Positions 1 to 9,950 of a stretch of DNA of 64,000 nt are shown one piece after another; position 1 is the first letter of the stretch; every line of letters begins with the position of its first letter. The translations under genes and the position numbers were made by a program. The notes beneath the pieces are model-generated. The model worked only from the letters and a program-made list of their open reading frames with translations. It was not told the origin of the DNA and did no database searches. The DNA is from an uncultured bacterium (GTDB lineage Bacteria > Zixibacteria > MSB-5A5 > CAIYYT01), in contig CAVSCK010000005.1 of assembly GCA_963726455.1 (NCBI GenBank), positions 64,973-128,972 on the forward strand. The letters run 5' to 3'.

Positions 1-207
1 CCCCGCGTCTTTCAAGTTTTCCGGCTGCATGACCTCCAAATTTCGCTTGAGGGCGTATTCCTTGACCTCGGACATCGCCACTTGTCTTCCTCTCCCTTTG
101 GGTTTGTCCGGTGTCGTAACCACCGCTTCAACCTTATGCCGGGAGTTCAGAAGGCGTTCGAGCGCGATCTGTGCGAATTTTGGTGTACCGAAGAAGATCA
201 ACCGCAT
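1..207 (-). CDS. fmt: methionyl-tRNA formyltransferase, N-terminal part (3' end lies beyond window start)
   Basis: Minus-strand translation from ATG at 207 gives MRLIFFGTPKFAQIALERLLNSRHKVEAVVTTPDKPKGRGRQVAMSEVKEYALKRNLEVMQPENL, the typical Fmt N-terminus; lies directly downstream of def. Not in the ORF track because it runs off the window edge. Confidence 0.8.
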   Translation of the reverse strand, partial: MRLIFFGTPKFAQIALERLLNSRHKVEAVVTTPDKPKGRGRQVAMSEVKEYALKRNLEVMQPENLKDAG

Positions 208-223
208 CCAATGGTTAATATAT

Positions 224-727
224 TTATGAAACCTTTATTTTTTTCAACTTGCCGGCGATCATTTCCCGATCGGCGGCGTTAATGTAATCGATAAACAACT
301 TACCGTCCAAATGGTCGGTCTCGTGCGAGATCGCGCGAGCAATCAAACCCTCGGCCGTCACCGACCGTCTCTTACCATCGAGATCGGTGTAACGGCAGGT
401 CACTTTGTTGGGGCGCGCGATGTCCAGGTAGAGACCCGGAAACGACAGACAGCCCTCTTCGCCGGTTTGCTCGCCCGAGGTCGAGACGATCTCGGGATTG
501 ATCAGCACCAAGCTATCAAAGTCGAGCGAAGACGAGGAAAGGTCAAGAATAAAGAATCTTTCATTTCGACCGACCTGCGGCGCAGATAGTCCGAGTCCCT
601 TTGCGCGCCGGAGGGTTTTGAACATCTCCTCGATAAAAGCGCGCAGTTCGGAAGTGATCTCACCGACCGGCGTTGACACTTTTCTCAGTATCGGATCGCC
701 GTAAAGAACTATCTGCTGTTTGGGCAC
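224..727 (-). CDS. def: peptide deformylase
   Basis: 167 aa with the three deformylase motifs GLSAPQVG, EGCLSFPG and HETDHLDG. Confidence 0.95.
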   Translation of the reverse strand: MPKQQIVLYGDPILRKVSTPVGEITSELRAFIEEMFKTLRRAKGLGLSAPQVGRNERFFILDLSSSSLDFDSLVLINPEIVSTSGEQTGEEGCLSFPGLYLDIARPNKVTCRYTDLDGKRRSVTAEGLIARAISHETDHLDGKLFIDYINAADREMIAGKLKKIKVS

Positions 728-728
728 A

Positions 729-1043
729 CTAACTTACTTTCTGTGCAATCGCGGACTTAAGGAACTCCATTTTGACTTCATCGGAAATCTTCAGGATTAC
801 TTTATTTTCATCATCGCTGAAGCCAAAGACGGTGGCGTACATTCCGCCGGTGGTTAAGACCTTGTCGCCTTTCTTCAGATCGCCGAGCATTCTTTGATGT
901 TCCTTCTGCCGTTTCTGCTGAGGCCGGATCATGAAAAAGTAAACGACCAGAATAATCAGAACGAACGGGAGAAACATGCCTATCAGGCCGCTCCCGCCAC
1001 CACTCTGCGCCCCCTGCGGCGCCGCCATCAACAAGAAACCCAT
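729..1043 (-). CDS. yajC: preprotein translocase subunit YajC
   Basis: 104 aa, single TM helix followed by a YajC-like C-terminus (MIRPQQKRQKEHQRMLGDLKKGDKVLTTGGMYATV). Confidence 0.9.
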   Translation of the reverse strand: MGFLLMAAPQGAQSGGGSGLIGMFLPFVLIILVVYFFMIRPQQKRQKEHQRMLGDLKKGDKVLTTGGMYATVFGFSDDENKVILKISDEVKMEFLKSAIAQKVS

Positions 1044-2198
<1,155 letters not shown>

Positions 2199-2382
2199 TC
2201 AATATAGTCTTATCTTCTCAACAATCAAGGAGCATCGATTTCGACAGGCGCCTTCCTCAGAGACTATTAGTAAAGTGAAGGATTGCACAACGTTTGATCT
2301 ATTAGTAAGTTTCGGCACAACGACAGCGAGAACTGTCGGCGCTTGAAACTTGTGCATGCGGGGACAAAAAGAAGGGAGCAAC

Positions 2383-3030
2383 ATGAAGAGGATATTCGAG
2401 CAATTGGTGCTTGCGGGTCTTATGGCGGTGGTCATCATGGCGGGTATTACCCAGACCGCGGCTGCAGGAAAGATTCGCGCCGGCGCTAAAGCCGGGGCCG
2501 GGTTCGCAACCTTGACCAGCGGCGAATTGCAGGCATTCGACTGGCGGCTGGGATTGTCCGGCGGTGCATTTGTAAATATTCCGCTGACCCATGGCTTGTC
2601 AATTCAACCGGAGTTGACCTATGCCCAGAAGGGGGCGAAGCAAACGACCTTTTGTAACGGCACCTGGACGGAATTTACTGCCAAGCTCGATTATGTCGAG
2701 GCACCGGTTCTACTGGTGATGGCTTTGACTGACCAGGGAAACATTACGCCGCGGGTGTTCGCGGGTCCGGCGCTGGCGTTCAAGGTGTCGTTCAAGGAAG
2801 AAGCTAGCAACCAATTCGGTTCGTCGACCGTTGAATTCAAGGGGTTGCACAGCAGCGAATTCTGCCTGATCATTGGGATGGGAATGGATTTTCGGGTTGG
2901 TTTCGGAATTCTGTCTCTGGAAGGAAGGCTAACGCCGAGTTTGAGGACAATTCGGCAGGCAATCCCCGATCTCGATCAGAAAAATGTTAATGTATCTTTG
3001 CTCATAGGTTTTTCTCCCAGCAGCCGATAA
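2383..3030 (+). CDS. outer-membrane beta-barrel protein (porin-like)
   Basis: ATG at 2383 preceded by AAGGGAG; signal peptide MKRIFEQLVLAGLMAVVIMAGITQTAAA; alternating amphipathic strands and C-terminal aromatic-rich end typical of small OM barrels. Confidence 0.55.
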   Translation: MKRIFEQLVLAGLMAVVIMAGITQTAAAGKIRAGAKAGAGFATLTSGELQAFDWRLGLSGGAFVNIPLTHGLSIQPELTYAQKGAKQTTFCNGTWTEFTAKLDYVEAPVLLVMALTDQGNITPRVFAGPALAFKVSFKEEASNQFGSSTVEFKGLHSSEFCLIIGMGMDFRVGFGILSLEGRLTPSLRTIRQAIPDLDQKNVNVSLLIGFSPSSR

Positions 3031-3264
3031 TTAAGAGTGTGGTGGCAACGGCCACCTCAGATCAGTGTTCCGGCTTCGGCTGACACAATGCTCGTCGGTT
3101 TGGACGCCGGACCCCTATCGGTCTCGTCGTCGGCGGCTTGAAATGCTCCCGATACAGAGGAAAGAGGGCTATACAAAGTACCTTGCTTTTTGGTGTGTTT
3201 TTTGTATGTTTTTGGTAACGCAAACATATCTTTTTGCTGTCGTTAGTTTAACACCGGGGAGGTT

Positions 3265-5451
3265 TTGATGAAGCTTAATCGCTATTGGAATTTTGTACTG
3301 GCGGTGGTGGCAATGTCGTGTCTATCACCGGCTGCTAATTGCCTGACGTTCACTGATGGCTTTAGCAATCTCGATAACTGGACTTTGTACGGCACGCCGA
3401 CGCCGCAACGGCTGGCGTCGATTCATGGCAAAACTGGAGTTTTCGACAACAACGGTGATGGCACCGATAAGAGCGGCGCTATCTCTGTCAAGACATTCGG
3501 TTTGACGGGTGGCTTTACGATTACGTCGCAGGTGTATCTCGATTTCACCGACACTACTTTGTGCAACGGTGCTGCTTCGATCGGTATCGCCAATCCGACG
3601 CTACAGGCATGGGGCGGTTACGATCCTTATGTATACTTCAGCATCGGAGGCATGGGTGTGGCCTGCACTTCGATTGCCGAGTCACTGCGCGGTCACGCCT
3701 ACTTCTTCGGCGAGTTCCAGTCGACCACCGGCAAAGAGACTTTCGAACCGAACGAAGGCGATCCCAGTATGTTCCTGGCGGACACCTACAAGAACACCTG
3801 GGTCACTCTGAAAATTGAAGTCTCAGCGGCGTCAGTGATCAAGTTTTACGTGGACACGGTTCTTGTCTATACCGGAGCGCATAATCTTTCCAATACGATC
3901 GCTACCGGAGCCTATCCGCTGTGGATCGGTTCATCGTCTGACGGCGCCGGCGACAAGGCCTATCACGATAGTCTGACTCTGGTGGCAAGCTGCGATCCAC
4001 CGGTGGCACCGACTCTGAGTAGCCCTGCCAATGCTGCGGTGGTCTGCAACACCCTGGTTCAGTTTGTGTGGGGCGATGTAACCGGCGCGACTTACTATCA
4101 GTTGCAGGTGGACAACAACTCGAATTTTGGCAGTCCGGAATCGGATCTGCAGTTCACTCCGCCTACGCATTCGGTGTCAATCGTCAAGTCCGATGACTGC
4201 CTGCCGCAATATTGGCGGGTGCGCGCCAAAAACGGCTGTAATTGGGGCGACTGGAGTTCCACGCGAACCGTAACCGTCTGCAGCAGTCCGGCAGTGCCGA
4301 CTCTGGCAACTCCGGACAGTGGTGTGACCAATGTGACGCAGCCGATCGTTCTTGACTGGAGCGACGTTGACGGCATCACCTATTATGACCTGGAGCTGGA
4401 CACTTCGGCCAGTTTCGCAACACCTGTACATTATCAACCGACCGTGTCGATCGATACAATTTCGCAGCTCGCCGGCAGCACCGACTATTACTGGCGTGTG
4501 CGTGCCCACAACGGTTGCGCCAACAGTTTGTTTAGTGAAGTGCACGGATTTACGACCGAGGTCTGCAATTTGCCGGTGGTGGCAACATTGTTCGCACCGG
4601 GCGACGCCGACTCCGCCGTAATTCAGCCGGTCGATCTCTACTGGTCCACTACGGCAGAGGCGACCTGGTATCAGGTCCAGGTCGACACCGCCGCCAACTT
4701 TGCGACCATCATTGACAGCACTTCCCTCGCCGACACGACTCTGCAACTGTCAGGATTGGCGGGTCGCTCCGTCTACTACTGGCGGGTGCGTGGGGCCAAC
4801 GGTTGCGGGTTCGGTGATTGGAGCGATACCATTTGGTTCAAGACGTGTTATATGTCGGCGGTAGCCAACTTGACCGCGCCGGTGGACGGCGATACGATTG
4901 ATCCCAAACCGATTGCATTTGATTGGGACAATGTCGCGGGAGCCAGCAAGTATCGTTTCCAGGTGGATGACACGATCAGCTTTGCGCATCCGATAATCAG
5001 TGAACAGTTGGTGGCCTCTCAATTCGGCACCTACGATCTCGACTACGAGACCAAGTACTATTGGCGGGTTCAGGCCTATGATACCTGCGGTTGGGGTGAT
5101 TGGACTCCGGTGCGATCTTGTTCAACGATTACGTCCCTGCTCGTCGGCGTACACGATGAAACCAATTTGCCGACGGAATTCGCGTTGTCACAGAATTATC
5201 CGAATCCGTTTAATCCGACAACGGTGATCGAGTTCGCGCTGCCCAAGACCTGCCAGGTCAGTTTGGATGTTTTCGACATCATCGGCCGCAAGGTGCGGAC
5301 GCTGGTCGCCGGCACTTTGACGGCAGGCCGACGGCAGGTGATCTGGGACGGCAGCAACACTGATGGTTCGGCGATGGCGTCAGGAGTCTACTTCTACCGG
5401 ATAAAGGCGGGCGACTACAACGAGACCCGCAAAATGCTGCTGTTGAAATAG
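3265..5451 (+). CDS. secreted LamG/ConA-like domain protein with four Fn3-like repeats and T9SS C-terminal sorting domain
   Basis: Signal peptide; N-terminal jelly-roll-like region; four ~95-aa repeats each ending YYWRVRA.NGC..GDW; C-terminus NYPNPFNPTTVIEF...GVYFYRIKAGDYNETRKMLLLK matches the T9SS CTD (Por secretion tail) pattern. Confidence 0.85.
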   Translation: MMKLNRYWNFVLAVVAMSCLSPAANCLTFTDGFSNLDNWTLYGTPTPQRLASIHGKTGVFDNNGDGTDKSGAISVKTFGLTGGFTITSQVYLDFTDTTLCNGAASIGIANPTLQAWGGYDPYVYFSIGGMGVACTSIAESLRGHAYFFGEFQSTTGKETFEPNEGDPSMFLADTYKNTWVTLKIEVSAASVIKFYVDTVLVYTGAHNLSNTIATGAYPLWIGSSSDGAGDKAYHDSLTLVASCDPPVAPTLSSPANAAVVCNTLVQFVWGDVTGATYYQLQVDNNSNFGSPESDLQFTPPTHSVSIVKSDDCLPQYWRVRAKNGCNWGDWSSTRTVTVCSSPAVPTLATPDSGVTNVTQPIVLDWSDVDGITYYDLELDTSASFATPVHYQPTVSIDTISQLAGSTDYYWRVRAHNGCANSLFSEVHGFTTEVCNLPVVATLFAPGDADSAVIQPVDLYWSTTAEATWYQVQVDTAANFATIIDSTSLADTTLQLSGLAGRSVYYWRVRGANGCGFGDWSDTIWFKTCYMSAVANLTAPVDGDTIDPKPIAFDWDNVAGASKYRFQVDDTISFAHPIISEQLVASQFGTYDLDYETKYYWRVQAYDTCGWGDWTPVRSCSTITSLLVGVHDETNLPTEFALSQNYPNPFNPTTVIEFALPKTCQVSLDVFDIIGRKVRTLVAGTLTAGRRQVIWDGSNTDGSAMASGVYFYRIKAGDYNETRKMLLLK
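3997..5131 (+). repeat. four tandem ~285-bp coding repeats (Fn3-like modules) inside the 3265-5451 CDS
   Basis: Protein-level periodicity PxxxAPxD...YYxxQVD...YYWRVRAxNGC...DWS repeated four times; nucleotide copies are diverged. Confidence 0.7.
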
Positions 5452-5512
5452 CAGGATTGCGGCGCGTGAGCATCAGAGTCACGTGGCTTGATTCCTAGAT
5501 TAAGGTACAAAA

Positions 5513-5546
5513 GCCCCTGCCGCGTCCGCGGCAGGGGCTTATTTTT
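5513..5546 (+). terminator. rho-independent terminator
   Basis: GCCCCTGCCGCG / CGCGGCAGGGGC stem followed by TTATTTTT, about 60 nt after the stop at 5451. Confidence 0.8.
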
Positions 5547-5850
5547 GTCACCGGCAGACGCATTGACGAGGGCACCAATAAACCCCACTAAATCGCACCG
5601 AATGGCGTGGTTTTGCTCGGCCCCAGCCGGAATCCTGAGTGAGGAGGCCACGCGGTTTGCTACTAAAGGCACAAGCGTTTAAACTTATGAACTCAAACTC
5701 GGAGTCGGTAGGTGTGAGCAGAGGCGCTCGCGACCTCTCTGCCATGCCAAGTGTAAGACCATGACATACAATCTATTACGTGAATTGTTGGATTAGAATT
5801 CCGGTCTGCAAGATGGTCTGAATGTCGATAAAAAAATTCGCAAAAAAATG

Positions 5851-5878
5851 TTGACAAGCGTATAGTGTCCGATATATT
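5851..5878 (+). promoter_or_regulatory. sigma-70-like promoter (TTGACA, 16-bp spacer, TATATT)
   Basis: TTGACA at 5851-5856 and TATATT at 5873-5878; about 225 nt upstream of the ATG at 6105. Confidence 0.45.
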
Positions 5879-6031
5879 AGTCGGCTTCAAGAAGGGATTA
5901 TGCGGAGGTTGCGGCCACATACAGTTCGGTACGTGACCAAAAAGGTAAGCGAAAGGAAAGCACGGATTCAGAGAGAGTCCGTTATTGGTAAGAAAACTAA
6001 ACAGAAACACGAATTGACCTGTGCGGGATGG

Positions 6032-6067
6032 GTGTAAGCTTCGAAGCTTTCGCGTGTCCTTTTTTTT
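6032..6067 (+). promoter_or_regulatory. hairpin plus T8 run in the 5' leader (candidate attenuator or small-RNA 3' end)
   Basis: Palindrome AAGCTTCGAAGCTT inside an imperfect extended stem, then TTTTTTTT at 6060-6067, about 40 nt before the start codon. Confidence 0.3.
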
Positions 6068-6104
6068 CACCCCTCACAAGCAGGCCCAGAAAGGATGTCA
6101 CAGT

Positions 6105-6704
6105 ATGAAGAAAGCATTGTTGTTAGCCGTCATCGCCTTTGGTTTATTGGCGATTGCGGGTTGCAGCAAACCGCCGGAGGCCGAAATGGCGTCGGCGAAA
6201 ACCGCGGTGGACAATGCCAGAGCGGCCGAAGCCGAGCAGTATGTTCCGCAGGAATTCCGCGGCCTCTCAGACAGCTTGAATGCGGCTAACGCCCTGAAGA
6301 CCGAACAGGACGGCAAGTTTGCCCTGTTCCGTAGCTATGGCAAGTCGAAAGAAGCGTTCATTCGCGTCGAAGCCCAGGGTAACAAGGTAACTGAGGATGC
6401 GAAGGCCGAAAAGGAACGCGTTCGTCAGCAAGTTATGACCATGATGGCCTCCGTGAAGGGCATGATTGATTCGGCCAACGTCGCGTGGGAGAAGGCTCCC
6501 AAGGGCAAGGACAACAAGGCAGATCTTGAACTGATCAAGAACGACCTGATGGGCCTTTCGTCCGCATATGCTGAAGCTGAAGCTGATTTCAACGCCGGCA
6601 AGTTTTTGTCTGCCAAGGCGAAGTTTGAGTCGGTACAATCCAGAACTCAGAACATCATGAATGAGATCGCTGCTGCCGTCGCCAAGAAAAAAGGCGGCAA
6701 GTAG
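6105..6704 (+). CDS. lipoprotein, DUF4398-like helical Ala/Lys/Glu-rich protein
   Basis: ATG at 6105; lipoprotein signal MKKALLLAVIAFGLLAIAGC; low-complexity helical sequence; family name recalled from memory, not verified. Confidence 0.5.
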   Translation: MKKALLLAVIAFGLLAIAGCSKPPEAEMASAKTAVDNARAAEAEQYVPQEFRGLSDSLNAANALKTEQDGKFALFRSYGKSKEAFIRVEAQGNKVTEDAKAEKERVRQQVMTMMASVKGMIDSANVAWEKAPKGKDNKADLELIKNDLMGLSSAYAEAEADFNAGKFLSAKAKFESVQSRTQNIMNEIAAAVAKKKGGK

Positions 6705-6740
6705 TAGGATAACATCTCCGTAGAATTTACGGATTACCTA

Positions 6741-6781
6741 GGGGGACGTTAGTTCTAGAACCGGCGTCCCCCAGTTATTTT
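6741..6781 (+). terminator. rho-independent terminator
   Basis: GGGGGACG ... CGTCCCCC stem followed by AGTTATTTT. Confidence 0.6.
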
Positions 6782-6810
6782 GAGATACTACTTCAGGACC
6801 AGTAGTTGAT

Positions 6811-7908
6811 TTGCGGGAATCAACGTTGACATTTACACCAAAGACAATTTGCGCAGTGTTCGTGATGTTCACGGGCTTAGCTTTGTCCGGCGCCGGCTGT
6901 GAGGATGCGCCGGTGGCGCGGTTGCAGAACGCCAAGGACGCATTGGCACATGCCGCCGATGCCGGAGCATTACGCTACGCAGAGCCGACATATCGAAATG
7001 CGGAGCAATGTTTGCAGACTGGCTGGATGGAGCTGGCACGCCAGAACGGTCATCTGGCGCCGCTACGCGACTATCAACTTGCCGATTCATTGCTGAAAAT
7101 GGCAACATCGCTGGCATTACAGGCGGAAGACAAGACACGCGACAGCATTTCCACCATGCAGAGTATGTCGGGCAACGAATTAAAGGAAATGAAGACCGAA
7201 CTGGCTGAATGGCTGGACGCCTTGAACGGCTCGCTGGCCGGCTTTAATGTAAAGGATTATTGGCTCCGGGCAGATATGAACATACAGATCGCCGAGGGGC
7301 TGATCAGCAAGGGCGAGTACGAGGAATCGCGCGTAAATATGGCGAAAGCGCGTACCTTCCTGACTCAGCTCGGAAAGGTCCTTGAGGCCCATGCCGATGA
7401 TGAAGCAAAGAAACTGGGAGTATGGCGCCGTTGGGTGCAGCAGACTCTTGACCAGTCGCGATCGGCCAACGGGTACGCAGTTATTGTAGATAAAGCGGCG
7501 CACCGGACTTATCTGGTCAAAGGCGGAAGATTATTACATACATACGGTTGTGAACTGGGGTATAACTCCTCACGCCAGAAGCTGTTTGCCGGCGATGCGG
7601 CAACGCCGGAAGGGATGTACGAAGTGACCTCGGCCCGGCATCGTGGCAGCAAGTATTACAAAGCGCTCCTCTTAAACTTCCCGAACGCGGCAGACAGAAA
7701 ACGGTTTGCGGAGAACAAATCCAAAGGTATAATATCACGGAGAGCGCGTATCGGCGATTGGATTGAAATACACGGCGAGGGCGGAAAGAGCAAAGACTGG
7801 ACTCAGGGGTGCGTCGCCCTTACGAATAAAGATATGGATCACATCATGCAATATGTAACCGTCGGAACGCCGGTTACCATCGTTAGAAAGTCGGATCAGT
7901 GGCCATGA
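6811..7908 (+). CDS. L,D-transpeptidase (YkuD domain) with N-terminal helical domain
   Basis: C-terminal catalytic region HGEGGKSKDWTQGCVALTNKDMDHIM with the His...GC motif; start uncertain (TTG 6811, GTG 6862 or ATG 6865). Confidence 0.85.
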   Translation: MRESTLTFTPKTICAVFVMFTGLALSGAGCEDAPVARLQNAKDALAHAADAGALRYAEPTYRNAEQCLQTGWMELARQNGHLAPLRDYQLADSLLKMATSLALQAEDKTRDSISTMQSMSGNELKEMKTELAEWLDALNGSLAGFNVKDYWLRADMNIQIAEGLISKGEYEESRVNMAKARTFLTQLGKVLEAHADDEAKKLGVWRRWVQQTLDQSRSANGYAVIVDKAAHRTYLVKGGRLLHTYGCELGYNSSRQKLFAGDAATPEGMYEVTSARHRGSKYYKALLLNFPNAADRKRFAENKSKGIISRRARIGDWIEIHGEGGKSKDWTQGCVALTNKDMDHIMQYVTVGTPVTIVRKSDQWP

Positions 7909-8552
7909 AAAAGGTCATCATTTTCACAGTTGCACCGATTGTATTTCTGGTCGGCGTCCTGGTTGTCTTCATGACGCTCACCAAAGAGAAACCGCCCGAG
8001 GGGATCAAGCTGGCAATTGCGGACACACTGGCTACCAACTTGCCCAAAGACGAGAAGGCAGCTCGTACGCAACTGCAGAATGCCGAGAAGGCGCTGGCCA
8101 AGTTGAAACCAGCGAAGCCCTACATCGTGATCGATACTCATGCCAATCGCATTTACTATCGCACGGAAGACTCTATTTATCTGGACGCGGTTTGTTCCAC
8201 GGGTTCCGGCAGCGAGTTGATTGATTCCGTTACCGGCCGCAAATGGATTTTCAATACGCCGCGCGGCGTGTTCAAGATACAGAACAAGATCAAGGATCCC
8301 TGGTGGCGCAAGCCGGACTGGGAATTTATCGAGACCGGTGAACCGATACCTAAGAGCGAATCCGACCGCATGGACGGCAATGTCATGGGCGACTTCGCGA
8401 TGGGTTTTGGTGACGGATTTTTCATTCACGGTACCATTTACGAAAGATTGCTGGGAATCAACGTGACGCACGGCTGCGTACGTCTCGGAACCGACGATCT
8501 CAAGAAGCTGGTGGACATGACGCCCATCGGCACATCGGTGTACATATTTTGA
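7905..8552 (+). CDS. L,D-transpeptidase (YkuD domain)
   Basis: ATG at 7905 overlaps the upstream stop (ATGA); N-terminal TM/signal; catalytic HGTIYERLLGINVTHGCVRL. Confidence 0.9.
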   Translation: MKKVIIFTVAPIVFLVGVLVVFMTLTKEKPPEGIKLAIADTLATNLPKDEKAARTQLQNAEKALAKLKPAKPYIVIDTHANRIYYRTEDSIYLDAVCSTGSGSELIDSVTGRKWIFNTPRGVFKIQNKIKDPWWRKPDWEFIETGEPIPKSESDRMDGNVMGDFAMGFGDGFFIHGTIYERLLGINVTHGCVRLGTDDLKKLVDMTPIGTSVYIF

Positions 8553-9247
8553 TGATGCGGCAAGTTCTGATGACTCTGAGAGGACAAGCGATTTCCGTTA
8601 TTGGGCTACTGGCATGCTCAGTGATGCTGTCATGTTCGGGCGGAACAGATGGAACCGGCACTCCGAAACAAGAGAAGTGGAGCCCTGACCAGGCGAAGCT
8701 CAATTACCAGGTGATGCAGGCCGAGTTGAAACTGGCGCAAACCAACAAGCCCTATCTGGTGCTGGACCTGAAACATGCCCGACTTGAAATCAAGCTGCAG
8801 GGAACCACCGTCTGGAATTATAAGATGACGCTGGAAAATACTGACGGTTCGGAACTGGAGAAATTCAGCGACCGGTTCATGGGCTCGGACGAGAAAGTAG
8901 TCCGGCCGGTATTGTACAAGTATTTGTTCGCGTCATCCAGCCGCACGCCCGACTCGATTCTGGCGATTGTCAGCGAAGCGACAACTTTCCCGCCGGAACT
9001 GTTGCAGCGCACAATCCCCGAGCGCTTTCAATTGAGGTGGAGTGATGATGCCGTGCTCGACATTCGCACTGACGTTGTCGGCAAGCCTGAATCGAAATGG
9101 AAAAATACGATAGTCGATATTCGCCAGGCAATTTCGCGTCCGCTTGGCGAGGCCTTCGTGGTCGTCAGGATGCCGAAGGATAATGCCATCACGCTTTATC
9201 GCGCCGCGACAATCGGCCTGCCAACGCTGATCTATCCCGCGTCCTGA
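8552..9247 (+). CDS. lipoprotein of unknown function (no YkuD catalytic His/Cys)
   Basis: Start overlaps the preceding stop; lipoprotein-type signal ...LLACSVMLSC; no Cys after the signal peptide, so not an active L,D-transpeptidase. Confidence 0.5.
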   Translation: MMRQVLMTLRGQAISVIGLLACSVMLSCSGGTDGTGTPKQEKWSPDQAKLNYQVMQAELKLAQTNKPYLVLDLKHARLEIKLQGTTVWNYKMTLENTDGSELEKFSDRFMGSDEKVVRPVLYKYLFASSSRTPDSILAIVSEATTFPPELLQRTIPERFQLRWSDDAVLDIRTDVVGKPESKWKNTIVDIRQAISRPLGEAFVVVRMPKDNAITLYRAATIGLPTLIYPAS

Positions 9248-9363
9248 CGAACTGTTCAGAGCTTCCTCACGTAACAGCAAACCAAGCCAAGTGGATAGTA
9301 AAGCTATCGATGCAGGTCTCATATCTTGGATTTCGCAGGCAACGTCTGAGGCGCGTGCTGTGG

Positions 9364-9798
9364 CTAGACGCGATAGGTGTCGGCGCGCCAGTTCTTGATA
9401 GATTTCTTGATCGCATCCTCGGACAACTTATCATCAACAGCTCTCTTACAGAGATCGAGATACTCCGCGTCGGACGCGAAGCGCAGGCCGATGACTTGTC
9501 GAATCGTCAACCGCGAATCGAGCAGTTTGCCGGTCATCGCGAAATGCCGCAGGTTTTCCTCGGCACGAATGGCTCGGTCTTGCGCCCTGAGAGCAAAATT
9601 GCGGGCGTAGATAAACAACGAGCTCAAGACGAGAAACGTCACGACCAGCAGTGATGCCGAATAGAGTCCCGTGTGCGAGCCGAGCGATTTGATCAAGTTG
9701 ACAACGGAACCGATCAGTGACAACACGATCAACAGAAACGTGACAATGTGATACATCGGCACATACCGCCGATGATTAGCGTAGTTCTGTTCAGTCAT
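9364..9798 (-). CDS. small membrane protein of unknown function (two TM helices)
   Basis: 144 aa, two hydrophobic segments then a charged C-terminal tail; no recognisable motif. Confidence 0.4.
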   Translation of the reverse strand: MTEQNYANHRRYVPMYHIVTFLLIVLSLIGSVVNLIKSLGSHTGLYSASLLVVTFLVLSSLFIYARNFALRAQDRAIRAEENLRHFAMTGKLLDSRLTIRQVIGLRFASDAEYLDLCKRAVDDKLSEDAIKKSIKNWRADTYRV

Positions 9799-9888
9799 TC
9801 TTTACCTTCCCTCCGGTTAAGATTTTTCCGCGAGAGAAGTATATGAGCTTTCACGCAGGCGGCAAATGAGTTCTTGCCTGTGCCTACC

Positions 9889-9921
9889 AAAAGAAGAGAG
9901 GCGGACATTGGTGTCCGCCTC
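9889..9921 (-). terminator. rho-independent terminator downstream of the M6 protease gene
   Basis: GAGGCGGACA / TGTCCGCCTC stem; on the minus strand it is followed by a T-rich run (TCTTCTTTTGG). Confidence 0.6.
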
Positions 9922-9950
9922 TTACATAAGTCGAAATCAATCACCGGCTA

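Noticed and set aside
3031-3264. T-rich region upstream of the Fn3/T9SS gene as a Bacteroidetes-type promoter (TTTG / TAnnTTTG)
   Set aside because: Several TTTG motifs are present but none matches the TAnnTTTG -7 element exactly at suitable spacing; too ambiguous to annotate.
4177-4746. 189-aa minus-strand ORF inside the Fn3-repeat gene
   Set aside because: Antisense to the repeat-encoding frame that ends in a T9SS CTD.
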